A stretch of DNA of 64,000 nt from Bacteroidota bacterium (GCA_022561755.1 JADFQN010000001.1:747-64746); one strand, 5' to 3'. Shown: positions 10,201 to 19,635, counted from the first letter of the stretch. Notes: a model not told the origin generated them from the sequence alone. A program made the numbers and translations.

Positions 10201-10809
10201 CCGCACGTTCCGCTCGATCTCCTCGACCAGGTCGGTCAGGCGCGTGAGGTCCGACTGCGTGGAACCCAGCTTGTTGAGGGCCTGCTTGCGGCGCAGCTTG
10301 TACTTGGTGACACCGGCGGCTTCCTCGAACAATCTCCGCCGGTCGTCCGCATTGTCGCTCAGGATGTCCTCGATCATCTTCAGCTCGATGACCGAATAGG
10401 CGCCCGCGCCCATCCCCGTGTCCATGAAGAGGTCGAGGATGTCTTTCAGGCGGCAGGTGGTTCCGTTGAGCATGTACTCGCTCTCGCCGGAGCGGTACAG
10501 CCGCCGCCCGATCGTGACTTCGCTGTACTCCGTGGGCAGAACGCCGCGCGTGTTCTCGATGGTGAGAAAGACCTCCGCCATCCCCAGCGCCCGCTTCTGG
10601 GCGGTACCGTTGAAGATGATGTTCTCCATCCGGTCGGAGCGCAGCAGCCTCGCCCGCTGCTCGCCGAGCACCCACCGCACGGCGTCGATCACGTTGCTCT
10701 TCCCGCACCCGTTGGGGCCGACAATGGCCGTCACACCAGGGTCGAAGTCGATAACCGTTTTCTGAGCGAAGCTCTTGAAGCCGTGGAGCTCGAGCTTGCT
10801 GAGATACAT
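7231..10809 (-). CDS. smc: Chromosome partition protein Smc
   Basis: 1192-aa ORF. It has the N-terminal Walker A (GPNGCGKSNVIDA), long coiled coils, a hinge, and the C-terminal signature LSGGEKTLTAIALLFA plus Walker B FCILDEVDAPLD. Confidence 0.95.
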   Translation of the reverse strand: MYLSKLELHGFKSFAQKTVIDFDPGVTAIVGPNGCGKSNVIDAVRWVLGEQRARLLRSDRMENIIFNGTAQKRALGMAEVFLTIENTRGVLPTEYSEVTIGRRLYRSGESEYMLNGTTCRLKDILDLFMDTGMGAGAYSVIELKMIEDILSDNADDRRRLFEEAAGVTKYKLRRKQALNKLGSTQSDLTRLTDLVEEIERNVRSLQRQAQKASRYQHISERLQTLELALAVWDFEQLGEEHRTLDHETRHIRVRAEGLAAQVSAGEAELESQRAALVTREKELSSCQTALNDHVDTVRRLEAEVRVGEERRAADQRALERLGREAEADATRRSELKREQEAIQGHLEEAQQALGIAESTEAEARVARVAAAEEAEATRVVLANARRDAVEVTKAYADARAALDRFRDRRAMGEQEQERISDELATLAERDREGQEANHAAAERLSAAEEALSDSEQALSQTRAEAETRRRAVEAAEEAARRVLVTRDTASAEIDLLQSLVAEGDGLGSALAFLAEHDEWTTEAVTVADLIGCDEEDRLAFDAALGEWTDCLVVDTEDEANEAIARLRVAEQGHATFIVLDRLPAQSHRVRSGIPPDSTPAIRAARVPDAKYEPLLRLLLQNVFILNTLDDARRLRDEYPEATLVTRDGEWTTARGFVSGGKGNARSTAGRLGRKERLERARAAHAEAEQQLGTLQNALAQAKTVLEAVEIAAAEDALEQARSARDEIRAAATRVAVEQQGLTELQERLVARQDSLVTTWEQEPSLNDLEAAADGELATSREAADVLSRAEAMFDEADVKSREANENWGEARLGLVQAKNKAEGLQRDLERIVHGFADLDQRAEQRSEESERLRESIDEGEHAKVALSSRLDEERAGTDALQQNVTAAEQALLEGRALIADTEKTLRDIRHNRDAALQRQTTVDLRLTEIATRQEAIAERLEGEHGATIKEAAAQIEAAGEEETPFDPDAARAEIPTLRDRIRSLGAVNALALESFEEEQQRLEFLSAQHADLQEAEQTLLDTIEEINATAAARFVATFEQVREAFERLFVDLFGENATATLILDGDDPLEAPIEVKARPKGKKPSTINQLSGGEKTLTAIALLFAIYLVKPSPFCILDEVDAPLDDANIDRFMNLIRSFATSTQFILVTHNKLTMEAADRMYGITMPEPGISRLVGVKFDEVVREEETAEAA

Positions 10810-10894
10810 GGAACGCGGACGTGCGGGGGAACAACACCAAAAAGATACGTTCTGCTGACGGCCAAAAGATGTTTCGCGAGACCACTATCACATA

Positions 10895-10933
10895 AACGAG
10901 CCACCCGATGGATGCCCCCGGGTGGCTCGTTTT
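10895..10933 (-). terminator. Hairpin downstream of the OmpA-family gene
   Basis: GAGCCACCCG...CGGGTGGCTC forms a 10-bp stem at 10898-10928. It has T-rich flanks on both strands (GTTTT on plus, GTTTATG on minus). Confidence 0.4.
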
Positions 10934-10958
10934 CATAGCAGCTACCCTCTCACAGGAA

Positions 10959-12293
10959 CTACCACAAAGGTGCGAAGGAGAAGTTGCTAGATCCGAACCA
11001 GTTCCACGCGCCGGTTCTGCTGGCGGCCTTCCGGCGTTGCGTTGTCTGCGGAAGGCTGCGTCTGGCCGAATCCTGCGGTTTCGAGCGGCTCGAATCGATA
11101 CCCTGCTGGACCAGATAGTTGCGAATGGCTCCGGCACGCAGCTCTGAAAGTGTCCGGTTCGTTTCCGCGGAGCCCGTGTTATCGGTATGCCCCTCAATAC
11201 GTAGGCGTAGATCCGGGTGTTGCTGCAGCAAGTCGATGATCTCCTGAAGGGTTGGGGTCGACTCCGGACGTATCGCGGCCGAGGCCGTCGCGAAATATAT
11301 TCCATGCGTAGCCACGCGCCCGTTTGCCTCAAGGTCGGCGTAGAGATCCCGCCCGCCCGCTGCTATCCGGATCGGGCCGAGATACATCGGGTTTTCCTCG
11401 TCAGCAAAGTTGATGTTGATCAGTTGAAGAGCCTCGGAACGTGGAAGAACAGCGTTCGGAATGTTTGAGGTGCGGTTTTCGCCGACATACGTTTTCGCGT
11501 ACTCACCATCCACCATAATCCGAATAGGCACGAGGCTCTCATTGATCCGAGCGTCGTTCTCAAAACTCTCCGACAAGCCCTGATTTCGGTTGGCGGCGAC
11601 GCCAGTTCCATGGATGCCGGCTATACGGAAATAGTTGTAGTCAACGCTGTTGTAGAAGCCCTGCGTAGGCTGGGTTAGCAAGACGAATTGTTGGCCTACA
11701 TGCGGGAAATAGACCTCCGTCTCGATAGTGAAGCGCTCCGGCATCTCCTCCTGAAGGGGTATCAGGATGGCTGCGTGCCGTGGGCCCGTGTTGCGGAGCA
11801 GCCTGCGGCCCTGCCATTCGGCGATCTCCCAGTTACCGTTCAAAAACTCGAGCCGGCGGGGGAAGTCGCCGACACGATCTTGGGTGTAGTCCTCGTAAAA
11901 GAGAACGCGGTTTCCGGGAATGAAATCATAGTTCACCCAGACACCGGTTCCCGGTGCGGGTGGGAGGACGGCGTCGTTCGGGTTCTCGACGGGATGGCCG
12001 CCCGCGTCGACGGGGTTGCCTTCTGCATCTGTGAGCACCACGTGATCGCCACGTTGGCGCGCTTCCTCAATGCAGGCCTCATCCGTAAACGTGCATACGA
12101 TGGCGTCGGAAGCTGCGCCGATCAGGCCGGTCACAGCCCGATCCGACCTGTTTCGCACTTCGCGTGAGACGGCGTTCTCGGCGCCTCGTTCGGCCGCGTC
12201 GCGGATGCGCCCGAAAATGCCCTGGGAGGATGCGGCGTCCACCACAAAAAGGCTCAGCAGCACTAGGATCGTAAGTCGGGAAAGGGGTTTCAT
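10959..12293 (-). CDS. OmpA-family protein with an N-terminal lectin-like domain; 3' end frameshifted
   Basis: Trimmed to the ATG at 12293 (MKPLSRLTILVLLSLFVVDAASSQ signal peptide). The OmpA-like domain reads RLRIEGHTDNTGSAETNRTLSELRAGAIRNYLVQQGIDSSR. The canonical tail LETAGFGQTQPSADNATPEGRQQNRRVELVRI* lies in another frame and ends at 10987. Confidence 0.85.
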   Translation of the reverse strand: MKPLSRLTILVLLSLFVVDAASSQGIFGRIRDAAERGAENAVSREVRNRSDRAVTGLIGAASDAIVCTFTDEACIEEARQRGDHVVLTDAEGNPVDAGGHPVENPNDAVLPPAPGTGVWVNYDFIPGNRVLFYEDYTQDRVGDFPRRLEFLNGNWEIAEWQGRRLLRNTGPRHAAILIPLQEEMPERFTIETEVYFPHVGQQFVLLTQPTQGFYNSVDYNYFRIAGIHGTGVAANRNQGLSESFENDARINESLVPIRIMVDGEYAKTYVGENRTSNIPNAVLPRSEALQLININFADEENPMYLGPIRIAAGGRDLYADLEANGRVATHGIYFATASAAIRPESTPTLQEIIDLLQQHPDLRLRIEGHTDNTGSAETNRTLSELRAGAIRNYLVQQGIDSSRSKPQDSARRSLPQTTQRRKAASRTGAWNWFGSSNFSFAPLW

Positions 12294-12423
12294 GACGGTT
12301 CTCGTTGTTTGAGAGGGGTTCTCCTGGACATACCGGAATGGCGGTGTGCAGGGGACACGCCGTGGAAGAAGTCTCAATTCAGCGTCGGCCAGCCGAAGGC
12401 CGGGCTTTTGGGCAGGAGTCGGG

Positions 12424-15132
12424 CTAGGGGTAGAAGGCGTCGAAGCGGCTCTTGATCTCGTTATGGAGGTTGGTCGCGTCGGAGCCAACGCCGGTCATGA
12501 GAAGAATGAGGCCGATGTTGCGCTGGGGCCAGCCGTAGATGTAGGCCCGGAAGCCGTTGTGCGTGCCGCGGTGCCAGAACCTCTCGTTGTTAGCGCCGCT
12601 ATTGCGCACCCGCATCGTCAGCCCAAACGTGCCCGGCGAGGTGCATTGCTGCTCGACCAGCGACGAACCACTCGTGCCGTCGCGCTTGAGCATCCGGTTC
12701 ACGGTCTCATCTCGGAGCACCCGGCGCCCGGCGTACTCGCCGCCCTGGTTCAGCATGATTACAAACCGAGCGAGGTCCATCACCGTCGACGTGAGTGAAG
12801 CGGCGGCCTGGTTGGGGTAGGCTTTGACTGGGCAGGTGCCAGCGGAGCCGCAACTGGCGGCGTGGCCGTAAGCGTAGGTAGACCGGTCGGGGCGGGGCGT
12901 GTCGAACGTGCTGTGGATCATCTCGAGGTCGCTGAGGAGCCGGCGCATGTGCGCATTGAAGCCGCTATCGGCGTGCGCCTCGATGAGGGCCTGGACCAGG
13001 AGGAGGTTGGCGCCTGAGTAGTCGTTGGAATCGCCGGGCGTACCGTTCCGCACCACCTTTTTGTCCTCGCTTGCCGGGTCGAGTCCGAATATCATCTGGT
13101 TCAGCGACGGGTGCTCTTCGCCGAGCCCGAACGGCTGGACGCCGGAACCCCCGTCCTTGTGGTCCAAGCCGGCACAGTGGCTGAGTAGGCGCGCGAGCGT
13201 GACCTCGGCGCCGGGGTCGAGCGCCGTGAGGCCAGGGAAGTTGTGCAGCGGCACGACCGATCCGGCGAGGTCGAAAAGTACGCCGCCCCGCGTGAGTTCA
13301 AGCTTCCCATCGTCGACTAGCTGAAGGACGCCCGCGGCCGCCACCGGCTTGCCCACTGACGCGGCATCGAAGATGGTGGTGGGGTAGACGTAGCGCTCGT
13401 GATCGGTACCCCCGCGGAAGCCGTACCCTCGGGCCCACGCGATCTGGTTGTTTTCGACGACGGCGATGGCGAGACCGCGGATGTCGTGCGCATCCATGCG
13501 CGCCCAGATGCTGCCACTGCTCGGTCCCATGAAGCGTTCCATGTTATCGGCGTTCGTCATCGGCGCGGGTTCGGGCTGGTTCGATACGATGCCCCAGCGG
13601 CTGCCGCCGGGGCGGGAGTCGAGCACGACGTGGTCAATCCGTCGGTCCTCGTCGGTTCGGTAGCGGTGGAGATCCTGGAACAGGCTCAGAGGCACACCGT
13701 CGGTGGCGAACCAATCGCCGGCGACGACCGCCCATGCGCCGCCTCCGTTGAATGCCACGTCATGGATGGGACGCTGACCCGTTCGTGCCGCCGCTACGGC
13801 GGAGACGAAGCCATCGGGGATGATGAGGCCGAACGTGAAGACCTCTCCGTCGGAGGCCATCGCGACGCCTTCGGCGTCGGGGGCGAAGGCGAAGGCAGCA
13901 ATGCGGCGGCCGTCGTCCTGGAGGCGGCGTACCCAGTCGGCTGCGGCCTCCGGGACGCCCGAGCGGCGCATCCAATCCTCCGCGATGACGACCCAGCGCC
14001 TGCCGGAACCGAATGCCACTACGTCTATCTCGCGGCCGGAGGCGATGTAGCCGTCAATGTGCTCGCGGATGCTAGCGGAGAAGCCGGCGCTGTAGCAAGG
14101 GATATTATCCGCCACGACCACCCACTCGTCGTCCGGTGTAATGGCGAGCGTCTGGATCGTTACGTCCGCCCGCTTCACGGCGCGCAGCGCGTCGAGGAAT
14201 TCGGGCGGCATCGAAGTGGAGGCCGTCGTCCAGACGTCTGCAGCGGGCACCGTACCCGGCGTGTTCCACGTGCAGGCGATGGTGGCCGCGGGCTCTCCCG
14301 CGCGCTCCCATGTTTGGTCGTTGCCCACTCCGTTGTAGAGGACGTCCATTTCCAGCCGAGTTGAGCCGTCAGGCGTCAGGCGGGCGTCGTAGTAGCGGTC
14401 GTTGCTGCCCAATACATCGAGGGATCCATCACTCGAGATCCCCTGCCAGATAAGGTCGCCCTCTCTCCAGGCCCCTCGATCGGCCGTCTCGGGAACGTAG
14501 GTGAGCGTCGCCTGGTCCCCACTGACCTGGATGCGCATTCCGTTATGGGGATCGTAGTTGTTTCCGATCCGAACCCACTCGCCTTCGAGCGAAGTGCCGT
14601 TGATTTCGACGGGCGCCCCAGCCACCGGACCAGCACCGGGTTCGATCCACTCGAAGAACCGGCTTACATCGCCAAGGTCAACAAGCGTCTGCTGGGTGAA
14701 CTCATCTTCAGAAGGATAGGTGAAGGTGTGCTCGTTGCCATCCGCCGTAATGTGGAAGCGGTAGCGGCGGCGCGCGTTACACCCGAACGTGAGCGAGTAG
14801 TCGCGCTCAAACGTGTCCCCGGGACGCAGCGTAACCGTTCCCGGATCAGGGCCGTCCCCTCCCCATTCTCCGCGCCCTCGGGCGATTGCCGCCCACCACC
14901 CGACCCGCGTCCGCACCTGGCTTTCGCGAAAATCGATGGTGATCTCATCAGTTGCTCCGCCATGGCGGCCGCGGAAGGTGATATCGCACAGAAGGTTGGA
15001 CTCGACAGTCTCCAATTCGAGTCGGTGTTCGCCTGACGCATCAAGAGGGGCATTCTCTGGGTTAAACCCAGCAATGCCGACGACTACAAGAAGAAGGACT
15101 CCAAGAACGGAAGGGCGGATGGGGAGGTACAT
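12424..15132 (-). CDS. Serine hydrolase (beta-lactamase / class C family domain) with a long N-terminal domain of unknown function
   Basis: Trimmed to MYLPIRPSVLGVLLLVVVGIAG at 15132. The S-x-x-K motif FDAASVGKPVAAAG lies in the C-terminal half. The N-terminal ~480 aa show loosely repeated W-V-V-(A/I)-x-D segments. Confidence 0.8.
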   Translation of the reverse strand: MYLPIRPSVLGVLLLVVVGIAGFNPENAPLDASGEHRLELETVESNLLCDITFRGRHGGATDEITIDFRESQVRTRVGWWAAIARGRGEWGGDGPDPGTVTLRPGDTFERDYSLTFGCNARRRYRFHITADGNEHTFTYPSEDEFTQQTLVDLGDVSRFFEWIEPGAGPVAGAPVEINGTSLEGEWVRIGNNYDPHNGMRIQVSGDQATLTYVPETADRGAWREGDLIWQGISSDGSLDVLGSNDRYYDARLTPDGSTRLEMDVLYNGVGNDQTWERAGEPAATIACTWNTPGTVPAADVWTTASTSMPPEFLDALRAVKRADVTIQTLAITPDDEWVVVADNIPCYSAGFSASIREHIDGYIASGREIDVVAFGSGRRWVVIAEDWMRRSGVPEAAADWVRRLQDDGRRIAAFAFAPDAEGVAMASDGEVFTFGLIIPDGFVSAVAAARTGQRPIHDVAFNGGGAWAVVAGDWFATDGVPLSLFQDLHRYRTDEDRRIDHVVLDSRPGGSRWGIVSNQPEPAPMTNADNMERFMGPSSGSIWARMDAHDIRGLAIAVVENNQIAWARGYGFRGGTDHERYVYPTTIFDAASVGKPVAAAGVLQLVDDGKLELTRGGVLFDLAGSVVPLHNFPGLTALDPGAEVTLARLLSHCAGLDHKDGGSGVQPFGLGEEHPSLNQMIFGLDPASEDKKVVRNGTPGDSNDYSGANLLLVQALIEAHADSGFNAHMRRLLSDLEMIHSTFDTPRPDRSTYAYGHAASCGSAGTCPVKAYPNQAAASLTSTVMDLARFVIMLNQGGEYAGRRVLRDETVNRMLKRDGTSGSSLVEQQCTSPGTFGLTMRVRNSGANNERFWHRGTHNGFRAYIYGWPQRNIGLILLMTGVGSDATNLHNEIKSRFDAFYP

Positions 15133-15273
15133 GAATCTGGAGGAAAAGAGAGGGAAGTACTTGCCTTCGTTACGGGGATACGCACGCCTGGAGGACATCC
15201 CGTTTGTTATTTTGCACCTCGCTTCGTTGATTGGGCTTCAAGCCAATCGGTTCCCACTAGCAATACGCTCGAA

Positions 15274-15885
15274 ATGCCCATTGCCGATCCTGCTTCCGGT
15301 ACGGACGGTGAAGTAACGCGCCTCCTGAGCGACCTTCAGCGTGGCGAGCCGGTTTCGGATGCATTGTTTCGGCGGGTCTATGACGAGCTGCATCAACTCG
15401 CACGGCATCACCGGCGGCGCTGGAAGGGCAACGAGACGCTGAATACGACGGCAATTGTCCACGAAGCCTACCTGAAGCTGGTTGGTGGAAGCGGCGACTT
15501 CGCGAGTCGAAGGCACTTTATGGCCGTGGCTTCCAAGGCCATGCGGCATCTGCTGATCACGTATGCCGAACGACAGTCCGCAGGGAAGCGTGGTGGAGGC
15601 GAAGCAGCTCTTCCCCTCGATGAAGCCCTCATCATACCTGAACAGCAATCAGACGAACTGCTTGCCCTCGAAGAGGCGCTAAAACGACTAGAGCACTTTG
15701 ACCCGCGTGCCGCAGAGGTGGTGGAGTGTCGCTTCTTTGGTGGGCTAGACGCCGAAGAGACGGCGGAGGCGCTTGGCGTGAGCCGCCGAACCGTTACCCG
15801 AGATTGGGCAGTGGCGCGAGCGTGGCTATTCGCCGAGCTTTCTGAAGGCCCAGGCGCCCGCCTTCTGCACGATGCCGACGGCTAG
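15274..15885 (+). CDS. ECF-type sigma-70 family factor (kinase-associated, ECF43/TIGR02999-like)
   Basis: 203 aa. Region 2 reads TTAIVHEAYLKL. The region 4 HTH reads AEETAEALGVSRRTVTRDWAVARAWL. A Ser/Thr kinase is encoded downstream on the same strand. Confidence 0.85.
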   Translation: MPIADPASGTDGEVTRLLSDLQRGEPVSDALFRRVYDELHQLARHHRRRWKGNETLNTTAIVHEAYLKLVGGSGDFASRRHFMAVASKAMRHLLITYAERQSAGKRGGGEAALPLDEALIIPEQQSDELLALEEALKRLEHFDPRAAEVVECRFFGGLDAEETAEALGVSRRTVTRDWAVARAWLFAELSEGPGARLLHDADG

Positions 15886-15942
15886 GAGGCTGTTGAAATA
15901 CGTGCTCTGTCACCGGATTGGATCACGTGCTTCAACAGCCTC
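15885..15942. repeat. TIR-bounded hairpin element, copy E1 (58 bp)
   Basis: The left end is GGAGGCTGTTGAAATACGTGC and the right end is CACGTGCTTCAACAGCCTC. There are 12 perfect plus about 8 further complementary positions. The left end overlaps the TAG stop of the sigma gene (TA|GGAGG). Confidence 0.7.
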
Positions 15943-15944
15943 GC

Positions 15945-16023
15945 AAGTACCAAATTCCAAGTATCAAATTCCAAGCGGCCTGATGAAGCACCCTTTGTGA
16001 TTTGGAGTTTGGAGCTTGGTACT
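15945..16023. repeat. AT-rich hairpin module B, copy 1 (79 nt)
   Basis: The arms AAGTACCAAATTCCAAG... and ...TTTGGAGCTTGGTACT are imperfectly complementary. By my alignment, 72/79 positions match the copy at 40480-40558. Confidence 0.7.
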
Positions 16024-16043
16024 TCAGACCCACAATTCCCTAC

Positions 16044-16100
16044 GAGTCTGTTGAATTTCGTGCTCTGTCGTAGACCGCCCTACTTGTTTCAACAGCCTCC
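16044..16100. repeat. TIR-bounded hairpin element, copy E2 (57 bp)
   Basis: GAGTCTGTTGAATTTCGTGCTCTGTC...TTGTTTCAACAGCCTCC followed by TA. The left half resembles E1 (CGTGCTCTGTC is shared). Confidence 0.65.
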
Positions 16101-16155
16101 TAGTATGGCCTCTCCTCGAAGCAATTACGGTACGGGGGAGTAGTTCCACCACACC

Positions 16156-18605
16156 ATGGCCGTGCCACCCGACAGATGGATGCGAGTAAAGGCCCTCTTT
16201 GCCGAGGTCGTGGCATTGCCGCACGCCGAACGAGCCCCCTGGTTCGATGAGCATCTTGACGGAGACGCTGAACTCCGTGTGGAGATTGAACGGCTCCTGG
16301 CTGCCGAGGCAGACGCAAACCGCTATTTCGATACGCTCGGAAACAAGATTCAGGGCACAGACGATTTTGAAGCTGAGCCGCCGGAGACGATCGGAATATG
16401 GCGCATAGTCCAAGAAGCCGGCCACGGCGGCATGGGTCGAGTGTACGAGGCCGTTCGCGAGGATGGTCTGTTCGACCAGCGCGTCGCGATCAAAGTCGTT
16501 GAGTCTCATGCTCCTCGCCTAGTCAGGCGATTTCAGCAGGAGCGGCGGATTCTGGCGGGATTGGAGCATCCGAACATCTGCCGCCTTCTCGATGGGGGTA
16601 CACTGGATGACGGCCGCCCCTATCTCGTCATGGAGTATGTGGACGGCGAACCCATTACGGCCTACGCAGACCGAAACCAGTTGTCTGTCGACGAGCGCTT
16701 GATCCTTTTTGCGCAGGTGTGCGAGGCCGTCGCCTACGCCCACCGCCATCTGATCATCCACCGCGACCTGAAGCCATCTAATGTGCTCGTTACCGACGAC
16801 GGCACGGCGAAGCTGCTGGATTTTGGGATCGCCACGCTCATGGATGAGGATGGAGCGCCGAATCACGGCCTTACCCAAACGGGACGTCGGCTGCTAACCC
16901 CGCATTACGCCGCGCCCGAGCAAATTCTCAACCAGCCCATCACCACAGCCACCGATGTCTACGCTCTGGGCATCCTGCTCTATGTTCTACTCACCGGACA
17001 TCGGCCGTTCGGAGCGACAGGCGGCTCTCAGCATGAGATTGAGCAGGAGGTCCTGAAGAAAGAACCGACCGCGCCCAGCACGGCGGTCTCCAAATCGGCA
17101 GGCAAGGCAACAGATTCGGGAGGCCAGGTTCTCGATTTGACGAAACGGGGCCGCAGGCTTCGTGGGGATCTGGACCGTATCGTATTGAAAGCGCTCAGAA
17201 AGGAACCGGAAAGGCGGTACGCCTCCGTTGAGGCCTTCGCGCGAGATCTTCAGCGCCATCAGGAAGGGCTACCCGTCGAGGCGCGTCCAGCCACGATGGG
17301 CTACCGACTCAATTCCTTTGTCAAGCGCCACCGAACCGGCGTCCTCATCACCATTACCGGCCTGATCCTGACTTCAACTCTTGTAACATTCTTCGCCGTT
17401 CAGATCACCGCCGAGCGCGATAGGGCCGAGGCATACGCCGACCGCGCCGATCAGGTCAATGCCTTCCTCACCGACATCCTCGATGCCGCTGACGACCCGA
17501 CGGTTGACCGATCGGTGCTTCTCAAAATACTCGAACCGGCTACGGAACGAGCCGAAACGGAACTTGCGGATGATCCCGATGCAAGGGCGGCCGTCTTTCA
17601 TGCATTGGGGAACCTGTACGCCCGATTCGGCCGGTGGGATTTGGCCGACTCCCTCCTGCACAATGCGCTTCTAATCCGCCGGGAACTGCACACCCCGCCG
17701 CATCCGGACATCGCCGAGAGTCTCTACGACATCGGATACATGTACACCGAAAGCACGCCGGATTCCGCGTTGCAGTACTTCCGTGCTGCCGCAGAGATGC
17801 ACCGTGAGCTTCATCGTGGGGACCACCCGGAACTGGCGAATAGCCTCGTTCAATGGTCCAGGATGATGCCGCAAGACGACCCCGAAAAACGGCAGCGCTT
17901 CGAGCAAGGAATCGAAATGATCAAGCGCATGTTTGGCGAGCGAAGCCCCGAGCTTGCTGAGGCTATCCACGAGTACTACGTGCTCGGATTCAGCGGCGGA
18001 ACACCCGAAGAGCTTGCCGCAGCTTTCGAGGAAGCGCTGGATATTTACCGCGAGACGGTTGGAGAGCAACACCCGTATGCGCTTCACGCCATGAACAATC
18101 TGGGCATGGTGCTGCACGATGCGCTCGGCAGGCACAAAGAAGGCCTTGCTTTTCTTGCACGAAGCGTTGAACTGGGGAGAGAGGTGCTCCCGCCGGCGGA
18201 CCCCGATTATGCAACGATGGCCGTCAACTATGGGGCAACCCTTCACGAGCGCGGTCAACTTCAGGACGCTGACGAGGTGCTATCCGATATTGCTGAAACC
18301 ACCGCACGCCTGCTCCCCGAGAACACAGCGGGCATCGGACAAAGCCATTACTGGTACGGACGGAATCTGCTCTCGCTCGGCCGAGCCGAAGAGGCAGAAG
18401 CTGCCCTCCGGACAGCCTGGGAGATCCTCCGCTATACCGCCGCCATCGCGAAGCCGAGAGGCAAATCGCAACCGCGTTGGACGGCTTGCACGATCATCCG
18501 TATGAGAACCGGGCGCTGGAACATGCCATCAGCATCCTTGTGGAAGCTGGAAAAGCGGAGGAAGCGGCCATCCATCGAGAGCGTCTGAGGGAGATTATCG
18601 AATGA
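16156..18605 (+). CDS. Ser/Thr protein kinase with one TM segment and C-terminal TPR repeats; frameshift near the 3' end
   Basis: Kinase motifs are HRDLKPSNVLV and DFGIATL. The ORF-track frame ends at 18588 with a low-complexity tail. A more protein-like tail (HREAERQIATALDGLHDHPYENRALEHAISILVEAGKAEEAAIHRERLREIIE*) is in another frame, and its stop at 18603-18605 forms an ATGA overlap with the next gene. Confidence 0.85.
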
Positions 18606-19618
18606 GCATTCCCTCCACCATGCGTGCCGCCGTATTGGAGCGACCCGGCGAGCCGCTCCAACTCCGCAAGCTTCCCCTCGCTACGCCGGGCGCCGGGCAG
18701 GTGCTCCTCCGCGTTCGCGCCTGCGGCGTTTGCCGCACCGACCTCCACATTGCCGACGGAGAGCTTACCGAGCCGAAGCTCCCGCTCGTACTCGGCCACG
18801 AGATCGTGGGTGAGGTCGTAGGGGTAGGGGAGGGCGTGAATACCCTCGCCGAGGGCGACCGGGTGGGGGTGCCGTGGCTGGGATGGACCTGCGGCGCGTG
18901 CCGCTACTGTAAGCGTGGCCAGGAAAACCTCTGCGCTCGTGCCCGCTTCACCGGCTACACGCTCGACGGCGGCTTCGCCGAGTACACCGTCGCCGACGCA
19001 CGGTATGTGTTCCCGCTCCCCGACGCGTACGGTGACGTGGCGGCGGCCCCGTTGCTGTGCGCCGGGCTCATCGGCTACCGCACCTACCGCCTGGCGCAGG
19101 AGGCCGTCGGCTACCCGCTGCGGCGGATCGGGCTCTACGGCTTCGGCGCGGCGGCGCACCTGCTCTGCCAACTCGCTGTGGCCGACGGCCTGGAGGTCTA
19201 CGCATTCACACGCGAGGGCGACACGGCCGGCCAGGCGTTTGCGCTTCGGCTTGGCGCCGTCTGGGCCGGGGGCTCGACCGAGCGGCCGCCGGAGACGCTG
19301 GATGCGGCGCTCCTTTTTGCGCCCGTTGGTCCACTTATCGTCGAGGCGCTGAAATCGGTAGACAAGGGTGGGGCTGTCGTCTCGGGCGGGATCCACATGA
19401 GCGATGTTCCGGCGTTCCCGTACCGGTTGCTCTGGGAGGAACGGATGATTTGTTCCGTCGCCAATCTTGAGCGGCGCGACGGGGACGAATTCCTCGCCCG
19501 CGCGTCGGATGTGCCTATCGAGACGGTGACAACGGCCTATGCGTTGGAAGAGGCGAATAAGGCCCTTTCTGATCTGCGCGAGGGCCGTATCGAAGGAGCG
19601 GCTGTGCTCGTACCGTAA
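18602..19618 (+). CDS. Zinc-dependent alcohol dehydrogenase family protein
   Basis: 338 aa with the catalytic and structural zinc motifs GVCRTDLH, GHEIVGEV and CGACRYCKRGQENLC. Confidence 0.9.
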   Translation: MSIPSTMRAAVLERPGEPLQLRKLPLATPGAGQVLLRVRACGVCRTDLHIADGELTEPKLPLVLGHEIVGEVVGVGEGVNTLAEGDRVGVPWLGWTCGACRYCKRGQENLCARARFTGYTLDGGFAEYTVADARYVFPLPDAYGDVAAAPLLCAGLIGYRTYRLAQEAVGYPLRRIGLYGFGAAAHLLCQLAVADGLEVYAFTREGDTAGQAFALRLGAVWAGGSTERPPETLDAALLFAPVGPLIVEALKSVDKGGAVVSGGIHMSDVPAFPYRLLWEERMICSVANLERRDGDEFLARASDVPIETVTTAYALEEANKALSDLREGRIEGAAVLVP

Positions 19619-19635
19619 GAAGGTGTGGGATGCGG

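Noticed and set aside
15885-16100. TIR elements as integron attC sites (GTTGAA / TTCAAC resemble the R' GTTRRRY and R'' RYYYAAC boxes).
   Set aside because: The polarity is the reverse of attC, which has AAC at the 5' end and GTT at the 3' end. There is no integrase or Pc/attI nearby. The flanking genes are ordinary chromosomal genes in mixed orientations rather than a cassette array.
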